A stretch of 64,000 nucleotides of DNA from NCBI RefSeq assembly GCF_036365525.1, contig NC_090416.1:16588945-16652944 (forward strand), in the 5' to 3' direction. Positions 37,624-49,632 of this stretch are shown in pieces; positions within the stretch are counted from its first letter, which is position 1; every line of letters starts with the position of its first letter. Both the position numbers and the translations under genes were made by a program. The notes below the pieces were generated by a model that saw nothing but the letters and a program-made list of their open reading frames with translations, searched no databases and had not been told where the DNA came from. The stretch is from Heterodontus francisci. Taxonomy: Eukaryota.

Positions 37624-37771
37624 TGGAAATAAATATTTGGAAATGATTAATTAGGTACAAATATATTTTTAATAAAGTGTTTTCCCCTGCTCCCCTTGAC
37701 CCCCTCCCTGTATTTGCATATTGACTAATATATAGATACTAGTCTTCTCCGGGTTCCCGGAGTTACAGTAA
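37624..37771 (+). promoter_or_regulatory. Inverted V-promoter paralogue, long form (octamer 37712-37719)
   Basis: Adds the upstream block TGGAAATAAATATTTGGAAATGATTAATT, matching TGGAAATAAATACATGGAAATGTTTAATT of the true promoter. Confidence 0.85.
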
Positions 37772-38222
37772 TCTTGTTGAAGTGAAAGCACAATTGCTAA
37801 ATGTGTGAGAAGCTGAACTCAGCTTTGCCCATGTAGTTGAATGGAGAGTGCACATATGTAGTTGAATAGAGGCATCCACGTATGTAGTTAAATGGAGTGT
37901 GCCAGTGTGCAGTAAAATGGGATTGTGCACATGTCTAATGGAAAGCAGTTCAGCACCTCTAGGTTCATAGAATCTCTCACTTTGCACAGCAGATGTCACA
38001 TGGCTGCAGCTTTGCCCAGGGAGCCTACCCGGTTCACACAGGATAGGCCAGGTGTTAAAGCAAGAGCATTTGGTGTTGCCTATTGAAGCTTGCACAATGG
38101 TTAAAGGAAAATACAATTAAAGTTCACAAGATGGGAATCTTGTAAAGTGTCAGCCATGGCCTCGTGGGTTCAAGTCCCAATCCAGAGACTTGAGCACAAA
38201 AAGCAGTCTCACATTCGCCGTG

Positions 38223-38680
38223 TAGTACTGAGGGTGTGCTGCACTCTCGGAGGGTCAATACTGAGGGAGTGCGGCACCGTCGGAGGGTCAGTATTGAGGG
38301 AGTGCTGCACTGTTGGAGGTTCAGTACTGAGGGAGTGCTGCACTGTCAGAGGGTCAGTACTGAGGGAGCGCTGCACTGTCGGTGGATCAGTACTGAGTGA
38401 GTGCCGCACTCAGAGGGTCAGTACTGAGGGAGTGCTGCATTGTCAGAGGGTCAGTACTGAGGGAGTGCTGAACTGTCGGAGGGTCAGTCCTGAGGGAGTG
38501 CTGCACTGTCGGAGGGTCAGTACTGAGGGAGTGCTGCACTGTTGGAGGTTCAGTACTGAGGGAGTGCTGCAGTGTCAGAGGGTCAGCACTGAGGGAGTGC
38601 TGCACTGTTGGAGGGTCAGTACTGAGGGAGTGCTGCACTGTCAGAGGGTCAGTACTGAGGGAGTGCTGCACTGTCTGAGG
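38223..38680 (+). repeat. 33-bp tandem repeat, ~14 copies
   Basis: Head-to-tail copies. Confidence 0.9.
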
Positions 38681-39473
38681 TGCCATATTCACAAGTCCCC
38701 CTCAGGTGGACATTATCGATCCCATGACTCTATTTGAAGGAGAGCAGGTGTCCTGGACAATATATATTCCAACATTAACACCTAAAGCTGTAACTGTTCA
38801 TTATCACATTGCTATTTGTGGGAGCTTGCTGTGTAAATGACTGACAGATTTCCTGCATTTCAACAGTGACTACATTTCAAAACACACTTCAAAAGTACGT
38901 CATAAGATGTAAACCACTTTGGGGCAGCCTAGTGATCAGACCTCTCTGTCTCTCCATCTGTCTATCTGTCTATGTATNNNNNNNNNNNNNNNNNNNNNNN
39001 NNNNNNNNNNNNNNNNNNNNNNNNNNNNNNNNNNNNNNNNNNNNNNNNNNNNNNNNNNNNNNNNNNNNNNNNNNNNNNNNNNNNNNNNNNNNNNNNNNNN
39101 NNNNNNNNNNNNNNNNNNNNNNNNNNNNNNNNNNNNNNNNNNNNNNNNNNNNNNNNNNNNNNNNNNNNNNNNNNNNNNNNNNNNNNNNNNNNNNNNNNNN
39201 NNNNNNNNNNNNNNNNNNNNNNNNNNNNNNNNNNNNNNNNNNNNNNNNNNNNNNNNNNNNNNNNNNNNNNNNNNNNNNNNNNNNNNNNNNNNNNNNNNNN
39301 NNNNNNNNNNNNNNNNNNNNNNNNNNNNNNNNNNNNNNNNNNNNNNNNNNNNNNNNNNNNNNNNNNNNNNNNNNNNNNNNNNNNNNNNNNNNNNNNNNNN
39401 NNNNNNNNNNNNNNNNNNNNNNNNGCTATCTGTCTATCTATCTGTCCATCTATCGATCTATCTATCTGACTGA

Positions 39474-39535
<62 letters not shown>

Positions 39536-39602
39536 ATCTATCTGTCTATCGATCGATCTATCTCGGAGGGCGGAGTTCCAGACCGGGAAGTCTAAAAAAC
39601 TG

Positions 39603-40060
39603 ACTTCGGGGATTCTCGGACAGCCTCGGAGGGCGGAATTAACCTCGGGGATTCTCGGACAGACTCGGAGGGCGGAGTGAACCTCGGGGATTCTCGGAAA
39701 GACTCGGAGGGCGTAGTTAACCTCGGGGATTCTCGGACAGACTCGGAGGGCGGAGTTAACCTCGGGGATTCTCGGACAGACTCGGTCGGCGGAGTTCACC
39801 TCGGGGATTCTCGGACAGACTCGGAGGGCGTAGTTAACCTGGGGGATTCTCGGACAGACTCGGAGGGCGGAGTTAACCTCGGGGATTCTCGGACAGACTC
39901 GGAGGGCGGAGTTAACCTCGGGGATTCTCGGACCGACTCGGAGGGCGGAGTTAACCTCGGGGATTCTCGGACAGACTCGGAGGGCGGTGTTCACCTCGAT
40001 GGGTCGAAGGGCCTGTTTCAGTGCTGTATCTCTAAATAAAAAATAAAAATAAATAAAATA
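39603..40060 (+). repeat. 39-bp VNTR (10 copies) plus CR1-type tail
   Basis: Monomers counted by eye. Confidence 0.85.
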
Positions 40061-40079
40061 ATATTTATAGTCGAAATCT

Positions 40080-43000
40080 AGCACTGGGGACCATATAGTT
40101 AATTATAACAATTTAGTAAGGATTTAATAAGTATTTATTTTATATTAATTAACTAATTAGTGATAGAAATGTCAGTTAAAGGGGTGAAGTGCTTCACCTG
40201 TGAGATGTGGGAAGTCCGTGACACTTCCAGCGTTCCGGGCGACTCCGCCTGCAGGAAGTTTACCCAGTTGCAGCTCCTCACAGACCGCATGGATCGGTTG
40301 GAGCGGCAACTGGATGCACTTAGGAGCATGCAGGTGGCAGAGAGCGTCAAAGACAGGAGTTTTGGAGAAGTGGTTACACCCAAGGTGCAGGCAGATAGAT
40401 GGGTGACCGCTAGAAGGGGCAGGCAGTCAGTGCAGGAATCCCCTGTGGCTATCCCCCTCTCTAACAAGTATACAGTTTTGGATACTGTTGGGGGGGATGG
40501 CCTATCAGGGGAAAACAACAGCAGCAGCCAGAGCAGTGGCACCACGGCTGGCACTGTTGTTCAGCAGGGAGGGACAAAGCGCAGAAGAGCAATAGTTATA
40601 GGGGACTCTGTAGTCAGGGGCACAGATAGGCGCTTCTGAGGACGTGAAAGAGACTCCAGGATGGTATGTTGCCTACCTGGTGCCAGGGTCAATGATGTCT
40701 CTGAACGGACAGGGGGCATTCTGAAGGGCGAGGGTGAACAGCCAGAGGTTGTGGTACACATCGGTACCAATGACATAGGCAGGAAGAGTGATGAGGTCCT
40801 GCAGGGGGAGTTTAGGGAGTTAGGTAGAAAGTTAAAAAAACAGGATTCTGGGGTTGTAATCTCTGGATTAGTCCCTGTGCCACGTGCCTGAGAGGCTAGA
40901 AATAGGAAGATAGTGCAGCTAAACACGTGGCTGAGCAGCTGGTGTAGAAGGGAGGGTTTCAGATATCTGGACCATTGGGCTCTCTTCAGGGACAGATGGG
41001 ACCTGTACAAGAAGGACGGGTTGCATCTAAACTGGAGGGGCACTAATATCCTGGCTGCAAAGTTTGCTAGCGTCACTCGGGAGGGTTTAAACTAGTGTGG
41101 CAGGGGGATGGGAACCAGAGCAGTGGGACAGCTAGAAAAATAAATGAGGAGGACATAGTAAATAAGGCCAGTAAGACTAAGTGGAAGAGCAGGCAGGGAG
41201 ATGTTGCTGAGCACAGCGGGACTGGTGCTCTGAAGTGCATTTCTTTCAATGCGAGAAGTATAACAGGTAAGGCAGATGAACTTAGAGCTTGGATTAGTAC
41301 TTGGAAATATGATGTTGTTGCGATTACAGAGACTTGGTTGAGGGAAGGGCAGGATTGGCAGCTAAATGTTCCAGGCTTTAGAAGCTTCAGGCGGGATAGA
41401 GGGGGATGTAAAAGGGATGGGGGAGTTGCATAACTGGTTAAGGAGATTATCACAGCTGTACTGCGGGAGGACACCTCAGAGGGGTCATGCAGCGAGGCAA
41501 TATGGGTGGAGCTCAGGAATAGGAAGGGTGCAGTCACGATGTTGGGGGTTTACTACAGGCCTCCCAACAGCCAGCGGGAGGTAGAGGAGCAGATCAGTGG
41601 ACAGATTTTGGAAAGATGTAAAGGTAACAGGGTTGTGGTGGTGGGTGATTTTAACTTCCCCTATATTGACTGGGACTCACTTAGTGCTAGGGGCTTGGAT
41701 GGGGCAGAATTTGTGAGGAACATCCAGGAGGGCTTCTTGAAACAGTATGTAGATAGTCCAACTAGGGATAGGGCCATTCTGGACCTGGTATTGGAGAATC
41801 AGCCCGGCCAGGTGGTCGAAGTTTCAGTGGGGGAACATTTCGGGAGCAGTGACCATAATTCCATATGTTTTAAGGTACTTGTGGATAAGGATAAGAGTAG
41901 TCCTCGGGTGAAGGTGCTAAATTGGGGGAAGGCTAATTATAACAATATTAGGCAGGAATTGAAGAATTTAGATTGGGGGGCGGCTGTTTGAGGGTAAATC
42001 AACATCTGACATGTGGGAGTCTTTCAAACGTCAGCTGATTAGAATCCAGGACCAGCATGTTCCTGTGAGCAAGAAAGACAAGTTTGGCATGTTTCGGGAA
42101 ATTTGGATAACACTGGATATTGTGAGCACAGTCAAAAAGAAAAAGGAAGCATTTGTAAGGGCTGGAAGGTTAGGAACAGACGAAGCACTTGAGGAATATA
42201 AAGACAGTGGGAAGGAACTTAAGCAAGGAGTTAGGAGGGCTAAAAGGGGTCATAAAAGGTCATTGGCAAACAGGATGAAGGAGAATCCCAAGGCTTTTTA
42301 TACATATACAAAGAGCAAGAGGGTAACCAGGGAAAGGGTTGGCCCACTCAAGGATAGAGATGGGAATCTATGTGTGGAGCCAGAGGAAATGGGCGAGGTG
42401 CTAAATGAGTACTTTGCATCAGTATTCACCAAAGAGAAGGACTTGGTGGATGATGAGCCTAGGGAAGGGAGTGCAGATAGTCTCAGTCATCTCATTATTA
42501 AAAAGGAGGAGGTGTTGGGTGTTTTGCAAAGCATTAAGGTAGATAAGTCCCCAGGGCCTGATGGGATCTACCCTAGAATACTGAGAGAGGCAAGGGAAGA
42601 AATTGATGGGTTCTTGTCAGAAATCTTTGCATCATTTTTGGCTACAGGTGAGGCCCCAGAGGACTGGAGAATAGCCAATGCTGTTCCTTTGTTTAAGAAG
42701 GGTGGCAAGGATAATCCAGGAAATTATAGGCCGGTGAGCCTTCCGTCAGTGGTAGGGAAACTATTAAAGAGGATTATACGGGACAGGATTTACTCCCATT
42801 TGGAAACAAACGAACTTATTAGTGAGAGACAGCATGGCTTTGTGAAGTGGAGGTTGTGTCTTACTAATTTGATTGAGTTTTTTGAGGAAGTGACGAAGAT
42901 GATTGATGAAGGAAGGGCAGTGGATGTTATCTATATGGACTTTATTAAAGCCTTTGAGAAGGTCCCGCATGGCAGACTGGTACAAAAGGTAATGTCACAT

Positions 43001-44122
43001 GGGATCAGATGTGAGCTGGCAAGATGGATACAGAACTGGCTCGGTCATAGAAGACAGAGGGTATCAGTGGATGGGTGTTTTTCTGAATGGAGGGATGTGA
43101 CTAGTGGTGTTCCGCAGGGATCAGTGCTGGGACCTTTGCTGTTTGTAGTATATATAAATGATTTGGAGGAAAATGTAGCTGGTCTGATTAGTAAGTTGGC
43201 GGATGACACAAAGGTTGGTGGAGTTGCGGATAATGATGAGGATTGTCAGAGGATACAGCAGGATATAGATCGGTTGGAGACTTGGGCGGAGAAATGGCAG
43301 ATGGAGTTTAATCTGGACAAATGTGAGGTAATGCATTTTGAAAGGACTAATGCAGGTGGGAGGTATACAGTAAATGGCAGAACCCTTAGGAGTATTGACA
43401 GACAGAGAAATCTGGGCGTTTCGGTCCACAGGTCACTGAAAGTGGCAACGCAGGTGGATAAGGTAGTCAAGAAGGCATACGGCATGCTTGCCATCATTGG
43501 TCGGGGCATAGAGTATAAAAATTGGCAAGTCAAGTTGCAGCTGTACAGAACCTTAGTTAGGCCACACTTAGAATATTGCGTGCAATTCTGGTCGCCACAC
43601 TACCAGAAGGACGTGGAGGCTTTGGAGAGGGTACAAAAGAGGTTTACGGATGCTGCCTGGTCTGGAGGGCATTAACTATGAGGAGAGGTTGGAAAAAGTC
43701 GGATTGTTTTCACTGGGACGACGGAGGTGGAGGGGCGACATGATCGAGGTTTACAAAGTTATGAGTGGCATGGACAGAGTGGATAGTCAGAAGCTTTTTC
43801 CCAGGGTGGAAGAGTCAGTTACTAGGGGACATCGGTTTAAGGTGAGAGGGGCAAAGTTTAGAGGGGATGTGCGAGGCAAGTTTTTTACACAGAGGGTGGT
43901 GAGTGCCTGGAACTTGCTGCCAGGGGAGGTGGTGGAAGCAGATACGATAGCGATGTTTAAGAGACATCTTGACAAATACTTGAATAGGAAGGGAATAGAG
44001 GGATATGGGCCCCGGAAGTGCAGAAGGTGTTAGTTTAGGCAGGCATCAAGATCGGTGCAGGCTTGGAGGGCCGAATGGCCTGTTCCTGTGTGGTACTGTT
44101 CTTTGTTCTTGTTCTTTGTTCT
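40080..44122 (+). mobile_element. CR1 LINE, disabled (copy 3; longest RT ORF, 42011-43675)
   Basis: 554-aa RT-containing ORF (KLADDTK), but stops in ORF1 and the endonuclease, plus frameshifts. Confidence 0.92.
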
Positions 44123-44311
44123 CTCTATCTATCTGTCCATATCTATCTATCTATGTATCTATCCACCTGTCCATCTCTCTCGCTCTATCTATTTGTCTGT
44201 CTGTCCATCTCTATCTATCTGTCTGTCCATCTCTGTCTGTCTGTCTGTCTATCCCTCAGTACTGACCCTTTGACAGTGCGGCACTCCCTCAGTACTGACC
44301 CTTTGGGAACT

Positions 44312-45525
44312 GAATATTCCAGGGTATTTGACAGTTTGGAATGACACGAAGCAAGGAAAAGGAGGTGGTGAAGCTCAGTTAATAAAGGATGAGATCAGTA
44401 CAGTAGTGAGAAATGATCTTGGCTCAGAAAATCAAGATGTGGAATCAGTTTGGGTGGAGATATGAAATAGCAAAAATTCATACAGTAGCTGCACTGTGGG
44501 ACAGAGTATAAATCAAGAAATAATGGGGCTTGTAAGGAAAATACTGCAGTAATCCTGGGTGATTTTAATCTTCATATAAATTGGAGTAATCAAACTGGTA
44601 AAGTTAGATAGAGGATGAGTTCATGGAGTGTACTCAGGACAGTTTCTTAGAACAATACATTCTGGAACCAATCCGGGAGCAGGATATTTTAGACCTGGCA
44701 ATGTGTAAGGAGACAGAATTAATTAATGACCTCTTAGTAAAGGAAGAATAGAAAAGCAGAATATTATTTACATGGAGAGAGACTGCAGAATGCTGCAGTA
44801 CAGAGGGATCTGGGTGTCCTTGTACATGAATCACAAAATGTTAACATGCAGGTTCAGCAAGTAATTAGGAAGGCAAATGGAGTGTTGGTATTTATTGCAA
44901 TGGGGGATGGAGTATAAAAATAGGGACATCTTGCTACAACTGTGCCGGGTATTGGTGAGACCGCACCTAGAATACTGCATACAGTTTTGGTCTCCTTATT
45001 TAAGGAGGGATATACTTGCATTGGAAGCAGTTCAGAGAAGGTTCACTTGGCTGATTCCTGGGATGAAGGGATTGTCTTATTAGGAAAGGTTGAGCAGTTT
45101 GGGCCTGTTTAGAGTTTAGAAGAATGAGAGGTGATCTTATTGAAGCACATAAAGTCCTAAAGGAGCTTAATTGGGTGGATGGTGAGAGGATGTTTCCCCT
45201 CGTGGGGGAATCTGGAACTAGGGGGAACAGTTACAGAATACGGGGTCTCCCATTTAAGACGGAGATGAGGAGGAATTTCTTCTCTGAGGGTCATTAATCT
45301 TTGGAATTCTCTTCCCCAGGGAGCAGTGGAGGCTGGGTCATTGAATATATTCAAGGCTGAGTTGGAGAGTTTTTTGATCTCCAAGGGAGTTGAGGGTTAT
45401 GGTGGGGGGCAGACAGGAAAGTGGAGATAAGGTCACAATCAGATCATCCATGATCTTATCGAATGGCGGAACAGGCACGAGGGGCCGAATGGCCTTCTCC
45501 TGTTCTTATTTCTTATGCTTTTATG
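44312..45525 (+). mobile_element. Degenerate CR1 fragment
   Basis: Paralogue of 11185-12400. Confidence 0.8.
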
Positions 45526-45531
45526 TTGAAG

Positions 45532-45813
45532 ATATCGTACCTGCTGTATTCAATACCTGTCCAGGTCTTTAAAGCCCAAAGTGGCCGTAACTGTTCCTAT
45601 CTGTGCAGAGAGCCCTTGGCAGTAATATAATATAATGAAAATGGCCTGGCTGAAACTCCCCGGGTCTGGATATCTCAGTACAGATCGGGGAAGGGGTGGT
45701 GGGAGTGCTGGAATCTGGGCCTTCCCAGCAAGTGTCCTGTAAGGGAACTGAATGACCTCAACGAAGGAACGAGTTCACAGAGGGAGATGAGGCTGATGTG
45801 ATTGTCGTGTGTG
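45532..45813 (+). pseudogene. Putative inverted V relic (copy 3)
   Basis: Paralogue of 12407-12688. Confidence 0.5.
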
Positions 45814-48258
45814 CGAACAAGAGGAGGCCATTCAGCCCTTCGAGACTGCTGTGCCATTCCATTAGATCATAGCTGGTCTGTACCTTAACCCCATATACCC
45901 TGCCTTAGCTCCATAGTCCTTGCTGCCCTGACCCAATAAAAATCTATCAACCACAATCTTTATAACTCCAATTTTTAATGAAGTGCATTTCTATAGCGTC
46001 TTTCACAACCTCAGGATGTTCCCAAAGTGCTTCGCAGCCAATGAAATACCTTGAAAAGCAATGTTGGGAAATGAAGACTGGGATGTAGAGCAGGAGGAGT
46101 TCAGTTCAGTTCTCCTGAGGGGCCCAGTCCAGATAATGGGTTGTTTTGTTGTAAATGTGTGACGTGTCCAAGAATGTAACCGTTTAACGGTGTTTCTGAG
46201 ATTTCCGTCCTGTTTCTGTGTGTTTCAGAGCAGGGGAACTGGGCCCAGATGCTGCTGCTCTCTGCTGCTTATCAGACAGTGAACAGGGAGGTTTCGGTTC
46301 CTCCCCGGGGCTCCTCTCCCACCCCCTGCAGCGAGTGACCACACCACCTGCACCACATCACAAACAAGACAAAAACAGCATCGATTTGGGTATCAGGATC
46401 TAAAATAAGGCTTTCAGAACACCGCCCAGGTCCCCTGTGGTTGATGACGAGGGCCTGACCTGAGCTGCATTCAGTGCCATTCTCAGACCCAGTCTGGAAC
46501 CTGGCTGTTCGGCCATGTGAATCATCAACATTGTGGATTTAACTGGACGGATAAACGTTTGATGGCCTTTAAGATACTCCTTAAAACCTACCTCTTTGAC
46601 CGAGCTTTTGGTCACCTGCTCTAATATCTCCGAATGTGGCTCAGCATTAAACTTTGTTTGCTGACACTCCTTGCGACGTTTTATTACATTAAAGGCGCCA
46701 TATAAATGCAGATTGGTTGTTGTTTGCAAATGACAATTCATTGAAGACCTTAATAACTAACCGACTGCAGGCCATGAAGTACATCAACTAAAGCCACAAT
46801 TAAAACTCAAGGCTTCTGATGTAAGTACAGTACTGAAGGAATACCGCACTGCCGGAGGGGCTATCTGTCACGGAATCTGCCCTCTGTTAAAGATACTGCA
46901 ACCCCTATTTAGAAAAAGAGTTGGGGAGATCTCCCCCACCCCCGTGTCTTGGCTGATATTTATCCTTCAATCAATATCACAAAAAAAAAATCACCTGGGT
47001 CATTATCTCATTGTTATGTGTGTGGGATCATGCTGTGCACAAATTGGCTGCTGTGTTTCCTACATTACAACAGTTGACTAGACTTCAAAAAAAAAATACT
47101 TGGTTGGCTGTAAAGCGCTGTGGGACATTCTGAAGCTGTGAAAGGAGGCTCACTGTCACCTTCTCAGGGGGACAAATAGTGATGGACAATAAATGGCTGG
47201 TCTTACCAGAGATGCCCACATCTCGAGAATGAAGAAGTGCAGGTTCTGTCTCTCTGGACGCTGTGATGTCCCCTTGTAAAACATATTGAAACTAAATAGT
47301 TCTAAAAACATCTGCATAAATACAGCATCCTCAGACTCGAGATGAGGATTAAACCTGCATTTAATACCTCTTTAAGTGCGTGGCCCCTTTAAGGTGTGCT
47401 GAGGGACTCTGCTTTTCCAGCACTCTCTGTCCATTTACTCTTTGAGGTGATGCAACCGATACCCTCTCTGCAGCCGGAGGCTCAGTTAACAGCCCTTCCC
47501 TCTTATGGCCCCTAGTTCTGCTCTCACCCGCAAGTGGAAACGTCCAGCCTTATCGAGTCCTTTCCTAACCTTAAAGGCCTCTATCAGGTCCTACCCTCCA
47601 CCCCCCCCCCCTCTCAGTCTTCTCTTTTCAACCTATCCTGGTAGCCTATCTCAGTACTGGTACCATCCCAGCACATCTTTTCTTGCACCTTCTCCAGTGT
47701 CATTTTATAACATGGAGACGGGAACAGTGCACAGTAATTCCAAGTGTGGTCGAACTGAGGTTCCCTACAAGTTTGACTTAATGTATCTGCTTCTCAATTC
47801 TATCCCTCGAGAAATTAACCCCGGTGTTTGGATTGCTTTTTATATGGCCTTATTCAGCAGCATTGCTGCAGTTACTCTATAACCCTCGATCCACAACCCT
47901 ATTTAGACTCTTTCTTCCCCACCTCCCCCTCCCTCCAGGACTAGGTGACCTCATTCATCCTCCCAAAAAGTAGCACCTCACACTTATCCATACTGACCTT
48001 CATTTGCCAATTACACACCCATTCTGCATGTCCTGTCATTTGTGATGGACCTAATATTAACTGCAGCCTCCCCCAATTTGGAGTCATCAGCAAACTCTCA
48101 AATTGTACCTGGGGCTAGTCTGTCCCGTGCCATCCCATCTCTCGGACCGGGATAGTGAGCAGTTCTCCCTGGGAGGGACGGTATTTTATTCCAAACAGAG
48201 GCTTTTCCTGTAAATCACATACAATGATGGTCTAGTATGGGAGAAACTACACTTTAGG

Positions 48259-48775
48259 ATGGGAGGGTTGTTGAGAGTGTGCAGAGGAGGTTTACTGGAA
48301 TGGTTCCAGGGATGGGGGAATTCTAGTTATAAGGTCAGCCTGGAGAAGCTGGGATTGTTTTCCTTGGAGCGAAGGAGATTGCAGTGAGATTTAATAGAGG
48401 TGGACAAGATTATGACAGATCTGGATAGAGTAGACAAGGAAAAACAGTTCCCATTAACTGATGGTACAAGGGCTAGGGGACACAGATTGAACGTTTTGGG
48501 CAAGAGATACAGGTGCGGGGGAGGGGGGGTGGTGGTTGTGAGGAAGAATTTATTTATTATTAAATGCAGTGAGTGACAATGACCTGGAACTCACTGCCAG
48601 CAGAGTGGTGGAAGCAGGAGACAATGATTTCAGTAAGAAACGGGGCAGGGGGAGGGGGCACTTGTAGGAAATAAATTCGCAGGGGGCCACGGGGGGATTG
48701 GGACTGACTGGATTGCACTACGGGGAGCTGGCACGGGTCCGAGGGGCCGAATAACCTCCTTCTGTGCCAGAAATA
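48259..48775 (+). mobile_element. CR1 3' fragment
   Basis: Paralogue of 15127-15640. Confidence 0.75.
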
Positions 48776-49303
48776 AAATCGAATTCGTTTAAAATAGTTA
48801 ACTCTGCTTGAATATTTTTTTATTAAATCTGCCCAAAAGAAAAATCCTCAAATCGCCAATATTCGTACAGTTAACCACTGACTTGCACCAATATCCACCT
48901 CAACTCACCCCCACCACCCCCCCCCTCCCCAGAAGAAAAATAACAGAGCAATTTGAATTCATGTCATCTTTATTAAAACAGCCACACACACAGAGATACA
49001 CTTTTCAATTCTAACAAATGGTACTGCTGAGAGAAAGGAGAGAGGGAGCAGAACCCATCCAGCTCCAAATGGGAATGTACTCCCGGGATAAGTGGTCCTG
49101 ATATTCACTGTCACCCACCTGCGCCCCCCAGTTAAAATTGGATCCAAAATTGGATCGTTAAACTGCGATTGAAGTGACTGTTTCAACATCGTTGGCCACA
49201 TTTGCTACAGTGATTACATTGTAAAACAACAACAACAACATTCCACATATTGAATAATATTTCATCAGCAATAAATCAAACTCTAAACCCCAGTTGCCCC
49301 CTC

Positions 49304-49632
49304 TCAGTCGGAACAAGCGGTGGAGCTGATGGTTTTGAGGAGAGGTGAGCTCAGAGAGCCGTGGTCCACACTGCAGGTATAGCTGGAGCCCTTATTCCAG
49401 GCAGTGGCGGGGACTCTCAGGTAACTGCTCAGGCTGTAGCTTTGATCACTGTCCGTGGACACGGTGCCTGTGGTCACCCCGCTGTCTGTCTCTTTATCAT
49501 CCACTCTCCAGAGAACCCGCACGAAACCCGGCTTAAAGCGGCTCACCAGGCAGGACAGAGTAGCCCATCCCGAGTCTATTTCTTCCGAGGAAGGAGGGAG
49601 CAGGAGAACTGATGGTTTCCGATCCTCACTAC
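49304..49632 (-). pseudogene. Orphan Ig light-chain constant exon, cluster 4 (ORF intact; L, V, J and promoter deleted)
   Basis: Full C ORF with acceptor and poly(A) signal; the J-C intron is fused to V-upstream sequence at 50316-50332. Confidence 0.9.

Noticed and set aside
42011-43675. Active or domesticated reverse transcriptase
   Set aside because: Same insertion as the other three copies; upstream stops and flanking frameshifts indicate ordinary decay
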